DNA from: the human T2T-CHM13v2.0 reference genome, Homo sapiens
NCBI RefSeq assembly: GCF_009914755.1
Contig: NC_060929.1
Strand: one strand, 5' to 3'
DNA: 64,000 bases
Shown here: piece by piece, positions 1 to 14,050 of the stretch
How positions within the stretch are numbered: position 1 is the first letter of the stretch
Layout: every line of letters begins with the position of its first letter
Position numbers and translations under genes: made by a program
Notes under the pieces: generated by a model
The model's input: only the letters and a program-made list of their open reading frames with translations
What the model was told of the DNA's origin: nothing
Database searches by the model: none

Positions 1-52
1 TTCACCAGGAACCGCCCCTATCTGCCTAGGCCTTTGCCTCCTGCCTCTATCA
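1..52 (-). mobile_element. 5' terminus of an ERV1-class LTR (LTR1/LTR27/LTR28-like), cut off by the window edge
   Basis: Reverse complement begins TGATAGAGGCAGGAGGCA...CCTAGGCAGATAGGGGCGG, a typical start for this LTR group (recalled); subfamily uncertain. Confidence 0.55.
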
Positions 53-2236
53 CTGGTTGGTAGATTGCTACCTCCTTGATTAACAGTGGTAAATATTTCA
101 TAAAGGTCAAGGCAGAGAATGACTAAATTTGTTCACTGAATTTAGTAATAAGGACGTCACTGGTGATGTTTTTACAAAGCATATTTTAGAAGTGAGAGAA
201 GAATAATTAAACAGAAAAAATATAGATGAAAAAATCTATAGCTAAGTATAATAAGGAAGCAAGACTCTAATTATAGTAATTTTTTAAAAAAAACAAAGAA
301 TAGGTTTTAGTGGTTGGATTTGTAAGCAAGCTAGAAGCAATGAGGGCTGCTACACCTAGATAATAAATGAGATACTTTTGGTGGTTGAAATAGTAAAAAT
401 ATTATTTCAAAACATATACTGTAGCTATTGTTGGCTGCAGTAGCAATTTCCAAAATAATTGGAAGAAAAAATAGTGCAAAAAGGTAAAAACTAAATGCAG
501 TCAGCTAATGTCTGAAATTATATCCCTTAAAAATAAATGCTTATGTAACTATGTATTAAAACTTGTTATAGGACAGAAATCAAGTTAATAATGCCAGTAT
601 ATCAGAGTTAATTTACAAATAAGAATTGCTAAATTTGAACATATCATAGTCTACATCGTTTTTCTCTAAAATAAAATTTAACAGCGAGATTGGTGAATAG
701 GTATATTGTTTTTATTTATGTCTGAGGCTCAGTGAAAACCAACAAGTCTAGTTCTGAGAAAATCAAGAGAGAAAAGTGTGACATGAAAGTAAATGGGACC
801 TGGTGTCTTTAATAGAGTTACTGCTGCCATACCTCTGGGGAAATACTCTGGAAACAAGAGTAAACTGATAAATCTAATAAGTTACTTGCTGGAATCCTGC
901 TTTCATACCTGAAATATACAAACTTCATTGAAAAACCCAGTAGTCATCATAACAGAACAAAGTAGTTAATTTCACAAAAATACAGCCCTTCAGATCAATG
1001 AGAACTAATGCAATTCACACATTTAATAAGATTACTTTTAAAATTATATGGTTTCATAAGCTGAAGATTCTGAAAATCACAGGATATGGGATAAAGTGTT
1101 TAATAAGTATAATTTGGAGATTAATTTTCAGCTAAAGAGAGGTTAAATATATTGGAACAAATCCTTTATAAAATGTTAAATATGTTATAAATTAAATGTC
1201 AAAGACTGTGTTTAAATAAGCAGATGAATACACTTATAAATGTAAAATTTGAGTAGCATCCATTTTTTCCCATGTCTTCCATGATGCCATGAGTATATTA
1301 TTTAATTTTTCTTTTCCCCAATGCAACTATTTGGAAAATTGCTCTCATTACATCAAATATTCTTCTCAAATAGATAGATTAGTTTTGTTTCTAGATTTTC
1401 TGTTGAATAATTTGAACAATAATATATCTATAAGACAGATGCAAATATAGTGTCTTAGAAATCAAAGCAATTATTGAGTAACGATTATGATTTACAGAAA
1501 AATTCAGTTTCCATGGGACTATAAATAATTTGTTCCTGTCTTTAAGGAGCTCAATATCTATTTGTCTTAGATTATTAGGCTATCGATCACCTATGTGCCT
1601 CATCTTTTTTAATCATCTTGTAGTCAACGTTAACAATTGAATAAACTTTTTTTTTAAAGCACAATGCTTTTGGCCTGAGAGATGAATTGTCACTAAATAT
1701 TGAATGATGATCTCATCATGCAAATTTCATTGACATATAAAAAATAATTACAAAATAGAATCCTATTTAAATATTTGCCAGTTAAACTAGTGTTATTCAT
1801 TTACATTATACTATTAATTTAAATTAATAAATAATACTATGCTTATAAAACGAGACATCATGCTAGAAAATATTATAAGGCTTACTGTGATCTTAAAGAA
1901 AAGAGAAGGTTTTAAGTCAGTTTATACACTAGCATCTGGTGTTGCAGTTAAATGCCAGAAATGAAGACTAAGTTGCCATGTAATGATAGAGGATATAACA
2001 CTTTCATACAAATGTCATGAAATAGCAAACATTTTAAAACTCAAAATTCATTATTTAATTAAAAATAAAGACAACATTAGTTTTTTTGAGAGTTTGAAGA
2101 GGTTATAAATAGTAAAAAACAAACAAAATGAAAGAAGAGAAAGAAGGAGAGGAAGAAGAAGAACTAGTAGTGGTGGTGGTCCAGGCAAAGAGGAAACAAA
2201 ATAAACAAAACAATGAAAAATAAAGGAAAGCACATT

Positions 2237-2583
2237 CCCACATAAAGAGGCGAAGAATGTTGTGTAGGTCACATTTATCTAGAAGAGCTCGAAGCTGATG
2301 ACAAAGGTTATACAAAGTAGGTGGGGCCGCTCTACAGACTCAGGGTATTTAACCATGGGTCTGCAACAGGTCAGCATGTCCGCTCTTGTAACACTGCTTG
2401 TAACGCTCAATGTGCTCGCCTGTCAAAGCGGGGTAGCTCGTTTCCAGGCTGCGCAGTGGGGCAGCTCTCCTAAAACCCATCGACCCCTTTGGGACAGGAG
2501 AGCCCAACACCTTCAATACACGCATCCAGCACAATGCTTATTTTCTGCCCTTCCCCTACAAATACCAAGGGTCTGGTATTCTT
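2237..2583. other. Unassigned 347-bp segment, about 50% GC and relatively CpG-rich, bounded by an ACATT direct repeat
   Basis: Hand count A89 C92 G82 T84; 11 CpG; ACATT at 2232-2236 and 2584-2588; flanks strongly A-rich. Confidence 0.6.
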
Positions 2584-2645
2584 ACATTTAAGAAATACAT
2601 AAATGAACAGAAAATTAACCACCACTAAATAGAGGAAATGGAGCT

Positions 2646-2988
2646 TGTCTTAGTCTATTCAGGTTGTAATAATAAAATACCATAAATTGGGTGCTTTATA
2701 AACAAGTTTATTACACAGTTCTGGAGGCTGGAAAATCCAAGATCAAGGCATTAGCAGATTTGGTGTCTATTGAAGGTCCACAACCTGCTTCGCAGATGGC
2801 TGTCTTTTCAATGTGTCATTACGTGGCAGAAGGAAAGAAGGGGCTCCCTGAAGTCTCTTTTATAAGGGCACTAATTGCATTAATTAGGGCTCCACGCTTA
2901 TAACCTAACCACCTACCAAAGACCCCACCTCCAAATATCATCACTGGCGATAAGGTTTCAACAGATAAATTTTGGGGGATACAAACAT
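2646..2988 (-). mobile_element. MaLR solo LTR, MLT1A-like
   Basis: TGTCTTAGTC...CACAGTTCTGGAGGCTGGAAAATCCAAGATCAAGG...TTTTGGGGGATACAAACAT. Confidence 0.85.
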
Positions 2989-2999
2989 GCTTGGCCTAA

Positions 3000-3400
3000 A
3001 TAAACAAAAAATAGAAGAGCAATCATAATATTGTAAATGAATAAGTTAATTGTTTTATTGTTAAAACAAAGGCTTTTGGGGGTGAGTATCTGCTCTATGA
3101 AAAATCTTCTAGAGATCTTGGTATTAAAAATGTAAAAATTTTATCATTGCCATTAGGAAAACTGGTAGATAGGGTGAATAACAAAACAGTTGCAACTTAG
3201 GAGAAAAACAGTGAGCCCAAAGACTGAACATAAGGATTTTTTAAGTTTTATGGTAGCATAAAGAGATATAAAGTGTATGAGAAAACCAGTAGAGATCTAG
3301 AAGTTCTTTCTGGTATCTAAGAAGAATTTCAGAATTTAATTAAGACAGAATGAAGGGAGGAGTATTTTTAAGAGGTAACTAACATAATTTTTATGATCGT
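3000..3400 (+). mobile_element. Very old L1M/L1ME ORF1-region remnant
   Basis: A-rich, degenerate similarity to L1ME ORF1 (e.g. GTAGATAGGGTGAATAACAAAACAG...). Confidence 0.35.
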
Positions 3401-3918
3401 CCATACAGATTTGGCAATTTCTACTTCCTTTAATTGCAGTACCTGGTGTGTCATAAGCAATTTTTACAAGTACAGTCATTTTTTGTTTTCCCATTTCAGT
3501 GTTGTAGCATGAAATGATTTTCAGTGATGAGCAACCTAATTTAAGTGAACATCCATTTTTAATGCTACCACATAAGGAAATAGAGCTATGATTATGATTA
3601 ACAACTATGTTCTATGCAAGGGTAACCCCAGACATATGCAGCTCCGTCATAACTCACTCCTTTGTCTGGAAGTATGTCTTTTATACAATGAATGTGAAGT
3701 CCTTCAATTTTCATAAAAGATACAGTTGACATTATTTATAATATAGAAGTGGTGATGGCATGATAATACAGAAAATTAATAATAATTATTCAACGGAAGT
3801 TCCCAGCCATAATATCACTTCTGAAAAATAATGCATGCTAGTATTTTTCGAGAATCTGTAATGGCTTGACACTTAGCTAAGCAGTTAACTGCTTTCATCA
3901 TATTATTTTATGTAAGTC

Positions 3919-4301
3919 TGTTTTAGTCTGTGCAGAACGCTATAGCAAAATACCATACACTAGGTAACTTATAAACAGAAATTTCTTTCTCACAGTTTTG
4001 GAGGCTGAGAAATCAAAGATCAAGTCATCAGCAGATTCAGTGTCTGCTGAGGGGCTTTTTCCTTGTAGACTAATGGTTGCGTCTAGCTGTGTCTTCACAA
4101 CCCATGATACAAGGGGCAGGGTAGCTCTCCGGGACTTCTTTTATAAGAGCACCAATTCCATTCATACCATTTATGCCCCCATGACCTAATCACTTCTCAA
4201 AGGCCTCACATCCTGATACTATATGACCCCATACCTGATACCTTGGGAATCAGAATGTCAGCATATACATTTGGGAGGACACAAACATTTTGATCATAAC
4301 A
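3919..4301 (-). mobile_element. MaLR solo LTR, MLT1A-like
   Basis: TG...CA termini, MLT1A core motifs, degenerate 5-bp TSD AAGTC/AGGTC. Confidence 0.88.
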
Positions 4302-4419
4302 AGGTCCTAGAAAAGAAAATTGAAATCACAGAAGTAGATTTGATTATTTAACATTTGCATCTAGATTGCCAACATTTTATTTCTATTAATGAGTTTGCAA
4401 ATTCAACCCTGTTAGAGCG

Positions 4420-4615
4420 ATACCAGCTTCAGACCATCCCACAGAATCAGGAGAGATTTTCTTGAAACTGCTTCACAGCCCAGCTTCTCTCTCTTCACTT
4501 CCGCTTCCATCTCTCCCCAGCAAGTGTTGATCCCAAGAGCATTTCCTAATAAACTCCTTGGAAATTAATCTGTCTCTGTCTCAGAGTTTGTGTCTCAGGA
4601 GATCAAACCTATAAA
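4420..4615 (+). mobile_element. LTR16-type (ERVL) LTR, 3' fragment
   Basis: GTGTTGATCCCAAGAGCATTTCCTAATAAACTCCTTG...TCTCAGAGTTTG resembles the LTR16 3' end. Confidence 0.7.
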
Positions 4616-4779
4616 AGTGTTCCAGAATGAACAAGGAGGTTATCAAAAAAAAATACAGGCATAAAAACAATCTGTTAATCTTTGATTGGCGTATAACTCT
4701 GAGACAATTCTCCCCATGTAAATAATGCCTAGGTGTGCTACATTTAGTATATGAAGAAAAGGTAAAGACTCAGTTATAG

Positions 4780-4925
4780 GGCAGAACACAGGTGGCTCAC
4801 GAAAGTCATCTCAGCACTGTAGGAGGCCAAGACGGGAGGATTGCTTGAGCCCGGGAGTTCCAGACCAGCCTTGGCAACACAGTGAGACCCAGTTTCATAA
4901 ACAAACAAACAAAAAAAGCAAAAAA
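4780..4925 (+). mobile_element. Alu left monomer (FLAM_C-like)
   Basis: GGAGGATTGCTTGAGCCCGGGAGTTCCAGACCAGCC, A-rich tail, degenerate TSD. Confidence 0.85.
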
Positions 4926-5703
4926 GCACCCAGTTGTAGAGCAATATGATTTTTCCAACAGAGGGAGACAAAATTTAAACATAAGCTTTAATACCAAATG
5001 TCAGAGAACCATTTTAATTTTCACATTGGTCCAATTATATATGTTGACACATTTTATTAAGTATTTTACTCACACAATTTCACTTACAAATATAAAAATA
5101 TATAGAAAATAAAATATAGATACTATCATAAGCTTGAGGTTAATGATATACTAAAACATTAAAGGATGTTTATAATATCATTCTGATTGCTCACAAATAT
5201 TTGGAGAGAATTTAATAAACAGTACATTTGTGGCTACATTAACACAACTACATTACATTAATATGACATAGAGATGAAAACGACCAAGTTAGCTTATGGA
5301 AAATGAATTCAAGAATGTGGATGAGTTTCTTAGTTCAGAATTGCTCAGGAATTGGGACATTATGTAGGTAAGATTCTGGAAAGGGCAAAAGGATGAAAAA
5401 CAAGAGAAGGCCTAACCCATCTGCTACTTGATTATCTTAATGAAGCAAATCTAGAGATTTATTAAAGTAACTCTTGCTTATTGAGCACCATATTTAACAC
5501 AAACTATTTAGCTTTAAGGCAACAGTTATCATCATAATTTGCTTAAATTTTTAGGAGTTTACTCATAAAGCTTTGCTTTCAGTGAGATAAGGCCGGATGG
5601 GCAAAGAGTAAACTACCCTGCAAATATATGCGGATAATTTAATTGGTTTCATATTACAGGAATCTAGAGGGCCAATTACTTTTTCAGTAATAAAAAAATA
5701 AAA

Positions 5704-6007
5704 GGGCGAGATGCAGTGGCTCATGCCTGTAATCCCAGCACTTTGGGAGTCCAAGGCAGAGAGATCGCTTGAGCTCAGCAGTTTGAAACCAACTTGGGCA
5801 AAATGATAAAACACCCATCTCTAAAGAAATACATAAATTAGACAGAAATGGTGTCATGTGCATGTAGTACTTGTATTCCCAGCTACCTCAGGAGGCTGAG
5901 GTGTGAAGATCATTTGAGCCTGGAGAGGTCAAGGCTGATTGAGCCATGATGGTGCCAGTGTACTCCAGCCTGGGTGACAGAGACTGTCTCAAAAAAAAAA
6001 AAAAAAA
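5704..6007 (+). mobile_element. AluJ (Jo/Jr-like), full length
   Basis: Dimeric Alu with J-type GATCGCTTGAGCTCAG and GAGGTCAAGGCTG; poly-A tail. Confidence 0.92.
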
Positions 6008-6334
6008 GACAAAAGCGTTCTTACTGAAATGCTTAGCCATTGCTTGCTTATACTTCTCAGATATCTTATACAATTAAATTACAACATTTCTCTTAAGTGT
6101 TTTTTTAAAAGAGCCCAGGCTTGTTGAGTGAGCATACAATCTTAGATGAAGTCATTTTCTTTTTGACATAAAATATTCTGCTCCTCTTTAGCTTAATAGT
6201 AAACAGGTGTTAATCCGAAACTTTGTCCATGAACTTTTTCATTTATGAATTTATTGTATCTAAATGCCAAGATGATTTTTTTTGAGTTACATAATCTTAC
6301 TTCATGGAATTGTAGCAAAATCGCAGCTTGGAGA

Positions 6335-6600
6335 TATAGTATGTGGTTTCATAATGTTCGTTCTCCTACTTCCAGGCATAAGATAAGCTGGCCGTTACTT
6401 TCCCCTTGAAGATAGGCAGAGTGAAATGACTAAAACTGACCAACAAAATGATGGACAGAATCTATAAGGGCCAGTGCATATTTTAATTTACTGTTTATCT
6501 CCTGCCCTTGTAGCAAACAACATGAAGTAGACACCCAGCTGTTTCAGAGTAGCCAGTGCATACTTAATTTTGAAAGAAATATTTTATTGCATTAAAATAT
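6335..6600 (+). mobile_element. Old MLT1 (H/I/J-like) LTR remnant
   Basis: Degenerate CCCCTTGAAGATAGGCAGAGTGAAATGACT...CCAACAAAATG motif. Confidence 0.45.
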
Positions 6601-7119
6601 CTTCATAAAACCTTCAAATATTTATTGGCTATGGGGTGTTAAAGGCTATATGGTGAGTTTTTCTTGTTTTACAAATGCAAAAACTGAAGCATGGCTAATT
6701 TTTTGATGCACCCAAGGGCACAGGAAAATCTATATTTTTCATGTTAAAAGCAAAATTCTGCATTTATTTGTTTGCTTCCCTCACCAAAGGGGCTAGATTA
6801 CGTTACTCCAACACAAATACAGACACACATTACTGGCTTATGCCACCAATGGCTTATTTCTTACAAATGCTGTATCACATTTTATCATAAGCCACCAAGT
6901 TTTTGATTTTGCTGTTGTGGTGTTATTGCAACATAACCCAACTTATCCTCTGTTAGGTCAGAAACATTGAAGAATCTGGTATTTTATTCTACCTACAAGA
7001 CAACAGAGAGTAGGTGCGTGTGCTGATACTGTGTATGCTCTGTGTATGTGTGCCTACACAGAGCACACACTCTTACACAACACACAAAACTTCTGGGTCA
7101 GAGAAAAAGCCAGTTTATT

Positions 7120-7973
7120 TATTTTTATTTTTAATTTTTTTATTATACTCTGAGTTCTGGGATACATTTGCAGAATGTGCAGGTTTGTTACAGACGTATA
7201 CATGGGCCATGGTGGTTTGCTGCACCCATCAACCTGTCATCTATATTAGGTATTTCTCCTAATGCCATCCCTCCCTTAGCCCCCTAACCCCTGACAGGCC
7301 CTGGTGTGTGATGTTCCCCTCCCTGTGCCCATGTGTTCTCATTCTTCAACTCCCACTTATTAGTGGGAACATGCAGTGTTTGATTTTCTGTTCCTGTATT
7401 AGTTTGCTGAGAATGATGGTTTCCAGCTTCATCCATGTCCCTGCAAAGGATATGAACTCAATCTTTTTTATGGCTGCATAGTATTCCATGGTGTATATGT
7501 GCCACATTTTCTTTATTCAGTCTATCATTGATGGACATTTAGGTTGGTTCCAAGTCTTTGCTACTGTGAACAGTGCTGCAATAAACATACATGTGCGTGT
7601 ATCTTTATAGTAGAATGATTTATAATCCTTTGGGTATGTACCCAGTAATGGGATTGCTGGGTCAAATGGTAGTTCTAGTTCTAGATCCTTGAGGAATTGC
7701 CACACTATCTTCCACAATGATTGAACAAATTTACAGTCCCACTAACAGTGTAAAAATGTTCCTGTTTTTCCACATCCTCTCCAGCATCTGTTGTTTCCTG
7801 AATTTTTAAGGATAGCCATTCTAACTGGCGTGAGATGGTATCTCATTGTGGTTTTGATTTGCATTTCTCTAACGACCAGTGATGATGAGCTTTTTTTCAT
7901 GTTTGTTTGCCACATAAATGTCTTCTTTGGAGATGTGTCTGCTCATATCCTTTGCCTACTTTTTGATGGGGTT
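7120..7973 (-). mobile_element. L1PA (PA7/8-like) 3' segment: poly-A, 3'UTR and ORF2 C-terminus
   Basis: Poly-T then TTATACTCTGAGTTCTGGGATACAT...; ORF 7517..7717 WQFLKDLELELPFDPAIPLLG is the L1 ORF2p C-terminus. Confidence 0.95.
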
Positions 7974-8906
<933 letters not shown>

Positions 8907-9789
8907 CAGTTTATTATCCTCAGTAAAAGCAGCAGCCAGAGCCCATTCTGTTCCCTGAGTTTCAGTCTCCACAAGGTGATGTGGTGAGGCTCATGTAGTA
9001 CCCAAATATGCAGAGGGGCGCAATGCAATTAAGAAGCTTCGCCCTTATGTAGGGCTGCTGGTGACCCAGTCACACACCTCTTTCTAGGGAGAAAAAAGAC
9101 AGGGAGACTATATCTTTACTCTGGAATGTAAGCATATTTTCTCCAGGAAGAGGATAGAGATAAGTTTATCTTTATTGCTCTAGAACAGCTCAAAACAGTG
9201 AGATATTTCTAAACTTTACTCTCAGCGAATGTCTCAATATACAAACTTTCCTAATTTGTCTGTAATTATCTTTGCTCAGAAAAACTCGATTTCAGACATA
9301 TAGAGATCCGGGGAGAATTGTCACAACATTCCCACTAAAATGGCCACCTTCACAAATAAATATTTTGTCTGAACGTCACCATTAGACACTGTTTTCAATC
9401 CCTAACTGCCACTATTGGTGCACTTACAGATGCCTAGAATATAAAGTCAGGTATTGCATGAATTGGAAAATAACCAGAGTACATTACAGGGACTGTAATA
9501 AACAGTCTTAAAGTGAGGGTAAGACCCTGACTTTTAGAAAGATAAAAATAGTGTATGTAGCAATAGGGGAATGGCTAGATAACTATGGCAATACGTTCCA
9601 TGCAACACTGCCCAGAGGTTTAAAATAGTGAAACCAATTTATAAGTATTAGAGAATTGGAAACTTCTTTGAAATATATTTAGTGAAAATATTGTGATGGA
9701 ACAATTTGAATATAATGACTTCATCTGTATTGTAACATGTACACATGTACAAATATACACATACATAAACATGTATGTATGATTGTAAA

Positions 9790-10403
9790 TGAAATAATGC
9801 ACAATACTTTATAAAATGTTTTGGAAATGGAAGAGGTTTGTTGTCCTAATGAATGGGAATTACTACCGGCATTTAGTCTCCATTGGAGACCAAGCAGTTC
9901 CCAACATAAAAGAATGTTCTTGAGCACTGCAAAATTAGCAGAATGTCTTTTTGTACATTCATGTAGTTGAAAAATCTATTTATACATAAATCTGCTTTTT
10001 AAACAATATAAATATGGTCTGTTTCCTGAAATCATCTAGTTTTCATATACACTGGATTTTTTTTTCTTACAAATGCATTACCTGATAAATCAAGGTAAGA
10101 TTACAAACTGTATCCAATTTTGCTTTCGATTTAAGCTGCTGTGCTAGTGCTGATTCTACGTGGCATGTGTTTACTTTACCATAGCTCCTGTCTTACTGTA
10201 CTTGAAGATTTACATATTAAAATAGGTGTTGTATTGTAGTTTTTAATTTATTCTTCTACGTAAACGGCAGGATTAAATCGCCTTTACTAATTAAGTGTCA
10301 AGGCAGATTATTCTGTCTAAACTGAATTGTGGCATGTTAAAGGAAACACTTTAAATATTCATTATAAAATGAGCCATTGGGTCTGCTATATTGGAGATCC
10401 ACT
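9790..10403. mobile_element. hAT-Charlie4-like DNA transposon remnant
   Basis: MER20-like start (CTACCGGCATTTAGT), CATTCATGTAGTTGAAAAATC, end CATTGGGTCTGCTATATTGGAGATCCACT. Confidence 0.5.
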
Positions 10404-12364
10404 CTTTTATATAATTCCCTATTGGTTGGATATTTTAATGTAAATATACATTTCTATAGTCATTTAAAAAATGTGTATATTAGGTATGTATGCTGAAGCC
10501 ATACAGGCATGAATTTGAACCTTGTCTTTGTCACTTACTAGATCACCTTAGCAAATTTGGTTATCTTTTATTTTGTTTCAATATCTGCTAGTTTACTATA
10601 AAAATATGAAATAATTCCACATTTGTACAATAGTATTATATTCACACACTGTACAGCACACAAAGCCCAAAGGTTTGCACACTATGAAACATATGTACAT
10701 ATGTATTCATATACACATAAGTGAATAATTTCATGAAACTTAACATTCTAACTCAGTTATCTAAAATGTCTCATTGCACATTGAAGCTCATTTGCTGTAT
10801 AATTATGTTTACATCTACTTTGAACAGAAAGAAGACACTGGCTGACCCTTGTCTGTTGCTTCCTCAGGTGTTTCAGACGCAGGTTATTAATAGACTTGGG
10901 AAATGCGATGTTTTCTAGGCATGATCCTGAAATCTACAGTACTTGAACAGAAGTCTGTTGACCAGAATGTTTCCAAACTTTAAACCCTGGGATAATGCCT
11001 TCGTATCGATTCAATAGTCAGAGACGATGCTGTCCTTTGATAAAGTCTGCTCTCATTAAATGGTAGTGTAGGTACAGCCCAATAATGCTCAACAAGACTC
11101 ATTGAAAGCACAGCCTGTAGATCGAAAAGCAATTAGCATGCTAGATTGTGATAATTACTCACAGTATGGGAGGCTTCTCCAAGATAGAGCTTCCACTGTG
11201 CCTAATAATAGAATTATTTAAATGGTGATATATTTTCAGGGACACACAACATTCTCATTTCAACCTTGTCACTTATATTGGATGGGGAAATAAACATCCT
11301 TCACACATTTTTTCCCTTTCTACAGTATGGCACATTGCTGTTCTGACAACTTGTAATGTCACCTGAATGTTACCTTGAATCATGATTTAGTGGGCCAGAG
11401 CAAAGCAACATCTCATTTATATCTGCTATTTCCTTGCATTGCAATGTAATGGTTGCAAAGACAAAAATTAATATTGAATGTGGAAACAGATGGAGGAGTT
11501 GTATGTCTGTAAAAATGTGTCCCTTATAAAAGGTCAAGGTTGCTCAAATTTCTACTTGGGGGAAAAAATCAATTTTGGGACATAGCAAAAGCCGTATGAC
11601 AATTTATTTTGCTCAACTAAAATTAATTATTTCTGAATTATTAACCCTTAATGTTTTATTCTACTTATGCTTTTTATCACTAATTGAAAATTATTTAGGA
11701 TATCAAAAATACTATGATATGTTTCAATACTTAGGTGTACTTCCTGAATAATTTTGAAAATATTTTATTATTATATTGCTTCATTAAAGCTAGCATCCTA
11801 GGAACTAAATGCATGACTTATCATTATAAATAAACAATTAAATCCAGAAAAAATGCTTCACTAGAGAAAGTTAGGCTCATAAAACATCTTGCAGTTAAAT
11901 TCCCCTCTGTTTTTTTTTCTTTCTACTTTAATTCAAACCTCTGTAAACATTTACCATTGGCATTTATTAATTGAAATTTAATCTACTTGATAGCTTATTT
12001 TGGGGCGATCACCTACATTTTTTATTCTCTGTTGATTCAAATTTTTGTTGCCAAAAAATAAATAATTAATCATGTCAATAAGTTAGAAACATTTCATGGA
12101 GAAACAGATTGCACTGACAGATCAGTGTTGAGTAAGATGATGATATATAAAAGGAAAAATGTCATTCAGAATTTTGGATTCAAAATTGGAACTTTGCTTC
12201 TTTAAGAAATGTTTCTTTACTTGAATATAAATAGATGTTCAGTTTATTTCTTTGCAAATGCATTATTATTATAATAGAATCACACTAGTGTATTTCCTGG
12301 GTATACAGTAAGTTTTGTCAATAATTTCATTATTGGAAGTTCATTTTTTTATAGTCATAAAAGG

Positions 12365-12580
12365 ATAATAATAACATACCTATTCTGTTTTAGGCACTGT
12401 GCCTACTGTATATAAGTAAATCTTCCTCATCTTTATAACCAATCACAGAGCGTTTTTACCAACCTCGTTCAAAGATTCGAAGACTGTAGCATAGAGAGTT
12501 TAGGCAGCTTCCCCACAATCACAAAAGGAAAGAGGCAGGTTGAGGATTTGACCCCAGGGAAACTGTGCTTTTAATAACTG
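12365..12580 (-). mobile_element. MIR SINE
   Basis: AGGCACTGTGC...AGACTGTAGCATAGAGAGTTTAGGCAGCTTCCCCACAATCACA...GGATTTGACCCCAGG. Confidence 0.7.
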
Positions 12581-13149
12581 TAGCTGACTGATCTACAGAA
12601 AGGTTTCATTCACTCAGTGTATTGACCATTTGATCTCCAGTTTGGGTGTCAACAAAGGGAAAAGAAGACTAGAAAATGGGGAATGTTCATTTTCTTGAGA
12701 CGTGTGTTGAGGAGGGACTGATGGTGTCAATTGTCCACACAGTGAAGCAGAACATTTTGATAGCTCCAAGTGTGTGGACATGTTGATGTCAGCACATTCT
12801 GTCTCTCCCTCTGCTGTTAACGAAAGAGGACAAGAATAGTGAATTTTTCACAGGTCAAATATATGAAAGTATATTCTAAAATGAAAGAAGGAAGAAAACA
12901 TAAATCAAAAGAAGAAAGAAATGCATTTTTTGATATATCTATAGCTCTCTGGGGACTATTCATAGGCTGCCTGTAAAATGTATTTATTTATGTCTCATCA
13001 CTACTCTTTAACTGCTCCTTGACTGCCTGTTAAATTAACTTTAGAGGTATAGTAGCACATGCATCTAGCAAAGTGTTTTTCCATGGGAAAGATTTAACAG
13101 GTACATATTGGATCAGTGTGAATATAAATGCTACATATTAAAAAATGTT

Positions 13150-13365
13150 TAACAGCACAGGCTCTGGAGCTAAACTCGTTGGCATTAAATACCAGTTTTA
13201 CACTTAGTAGCTCTTCGATCTTGGGCAAAACAATTCACTTGTCTGAAACATTGTCTTTTCATCTCTAATCCTGAGATCCTAATAATGAAGATTAACTGAG
13301 TTATTATGTGCATCACTTTGCACAGATAATTGTGCATGCTAAATGGTTTATAGTGTTACTTATTG
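13150..13365 (+). mobile_element. MIR SINE
   Basis: AGCACAGGCTCTGGAGCT...CACTTAGTAGCT...GATCTTGGGCAA...TTTCATCT core. Confidence 0.75.
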
Positions 13366-13467
13366 TAAAGTTGAATATATATATAAATTACATAGCATTC
13401 AAAATTATTAATGAAAGTAGCATTTTAAAATATGTGATGTATTTTTTCTTCTACACTTTAAAAAAAA

Positions 13468-14050
13468 GAACTGCTTTATCGAGGCTTGATTGGCATACAA
13501 AAAACTGCACATAGTTAAATGTATACAACGTGATGAATTTGGAGCTACGTACACAATTGTGAAACCATCGCCACAATCTATGCCATGCACTTACTCATCT
13601 CCTCTAAAAGTTTCTTATTTTCTTGTTTATTTATTATTTTTGTAATAAGAACACAACATAGGATCTACACTTTTAGCAAATTTTTAAGTATGTAAAAAGT
13701 ATTGTTAACTACAAGCAATATGCTAAACAGTAGAACTCTAGGACTTATTCATCTTGTTTATAACTTTGTACCCTTTGACTGGCACCTCCCCATTTCCTTC
13801 TCCCTGAGTCCCTGGCAACTGCCTTTTACTATCTGCTTCTGTGATTTTGACTCAGACTTATCATATAATTGGTATTGTGTAGATTTTGTCTGTCTGTGTC
13901 TGGCTTATTTCACCAGCATAATGTCCTCCAAGTTCATCCGTGTTATCCCAAATGGCAGGATTTACTTATTTTTTAACGCTGAAGAATATTTTATTGTATG
14001 CATATACCATGTTTTTTAATCCATTCATTTGATAAACATTTAATTTGCTG
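13468..14050 (-). mobile_element. L1MA9/10-like 3' end
   Basis: CTTTATCGAGG...CATACAAAAAACTGCACATA...AACAGTAGAACTCTAGGACTTATTCATCTTG...TCCAAGTTCATCCGTGTT. Confidence 0.8.

Noticed and set aside
2051-2315. Hydrophobic minus-strand ORFs (73 and 70 aa)
   Set aside because: Translations of GAA/A-rich low-complexity sequence
2294-2330. CTGATGA suggesting a hammerhead ribozyme or viroid-sized element
   Set aside because: No stem II followed by GAAA, and no rod-like self-complementarity that I can see
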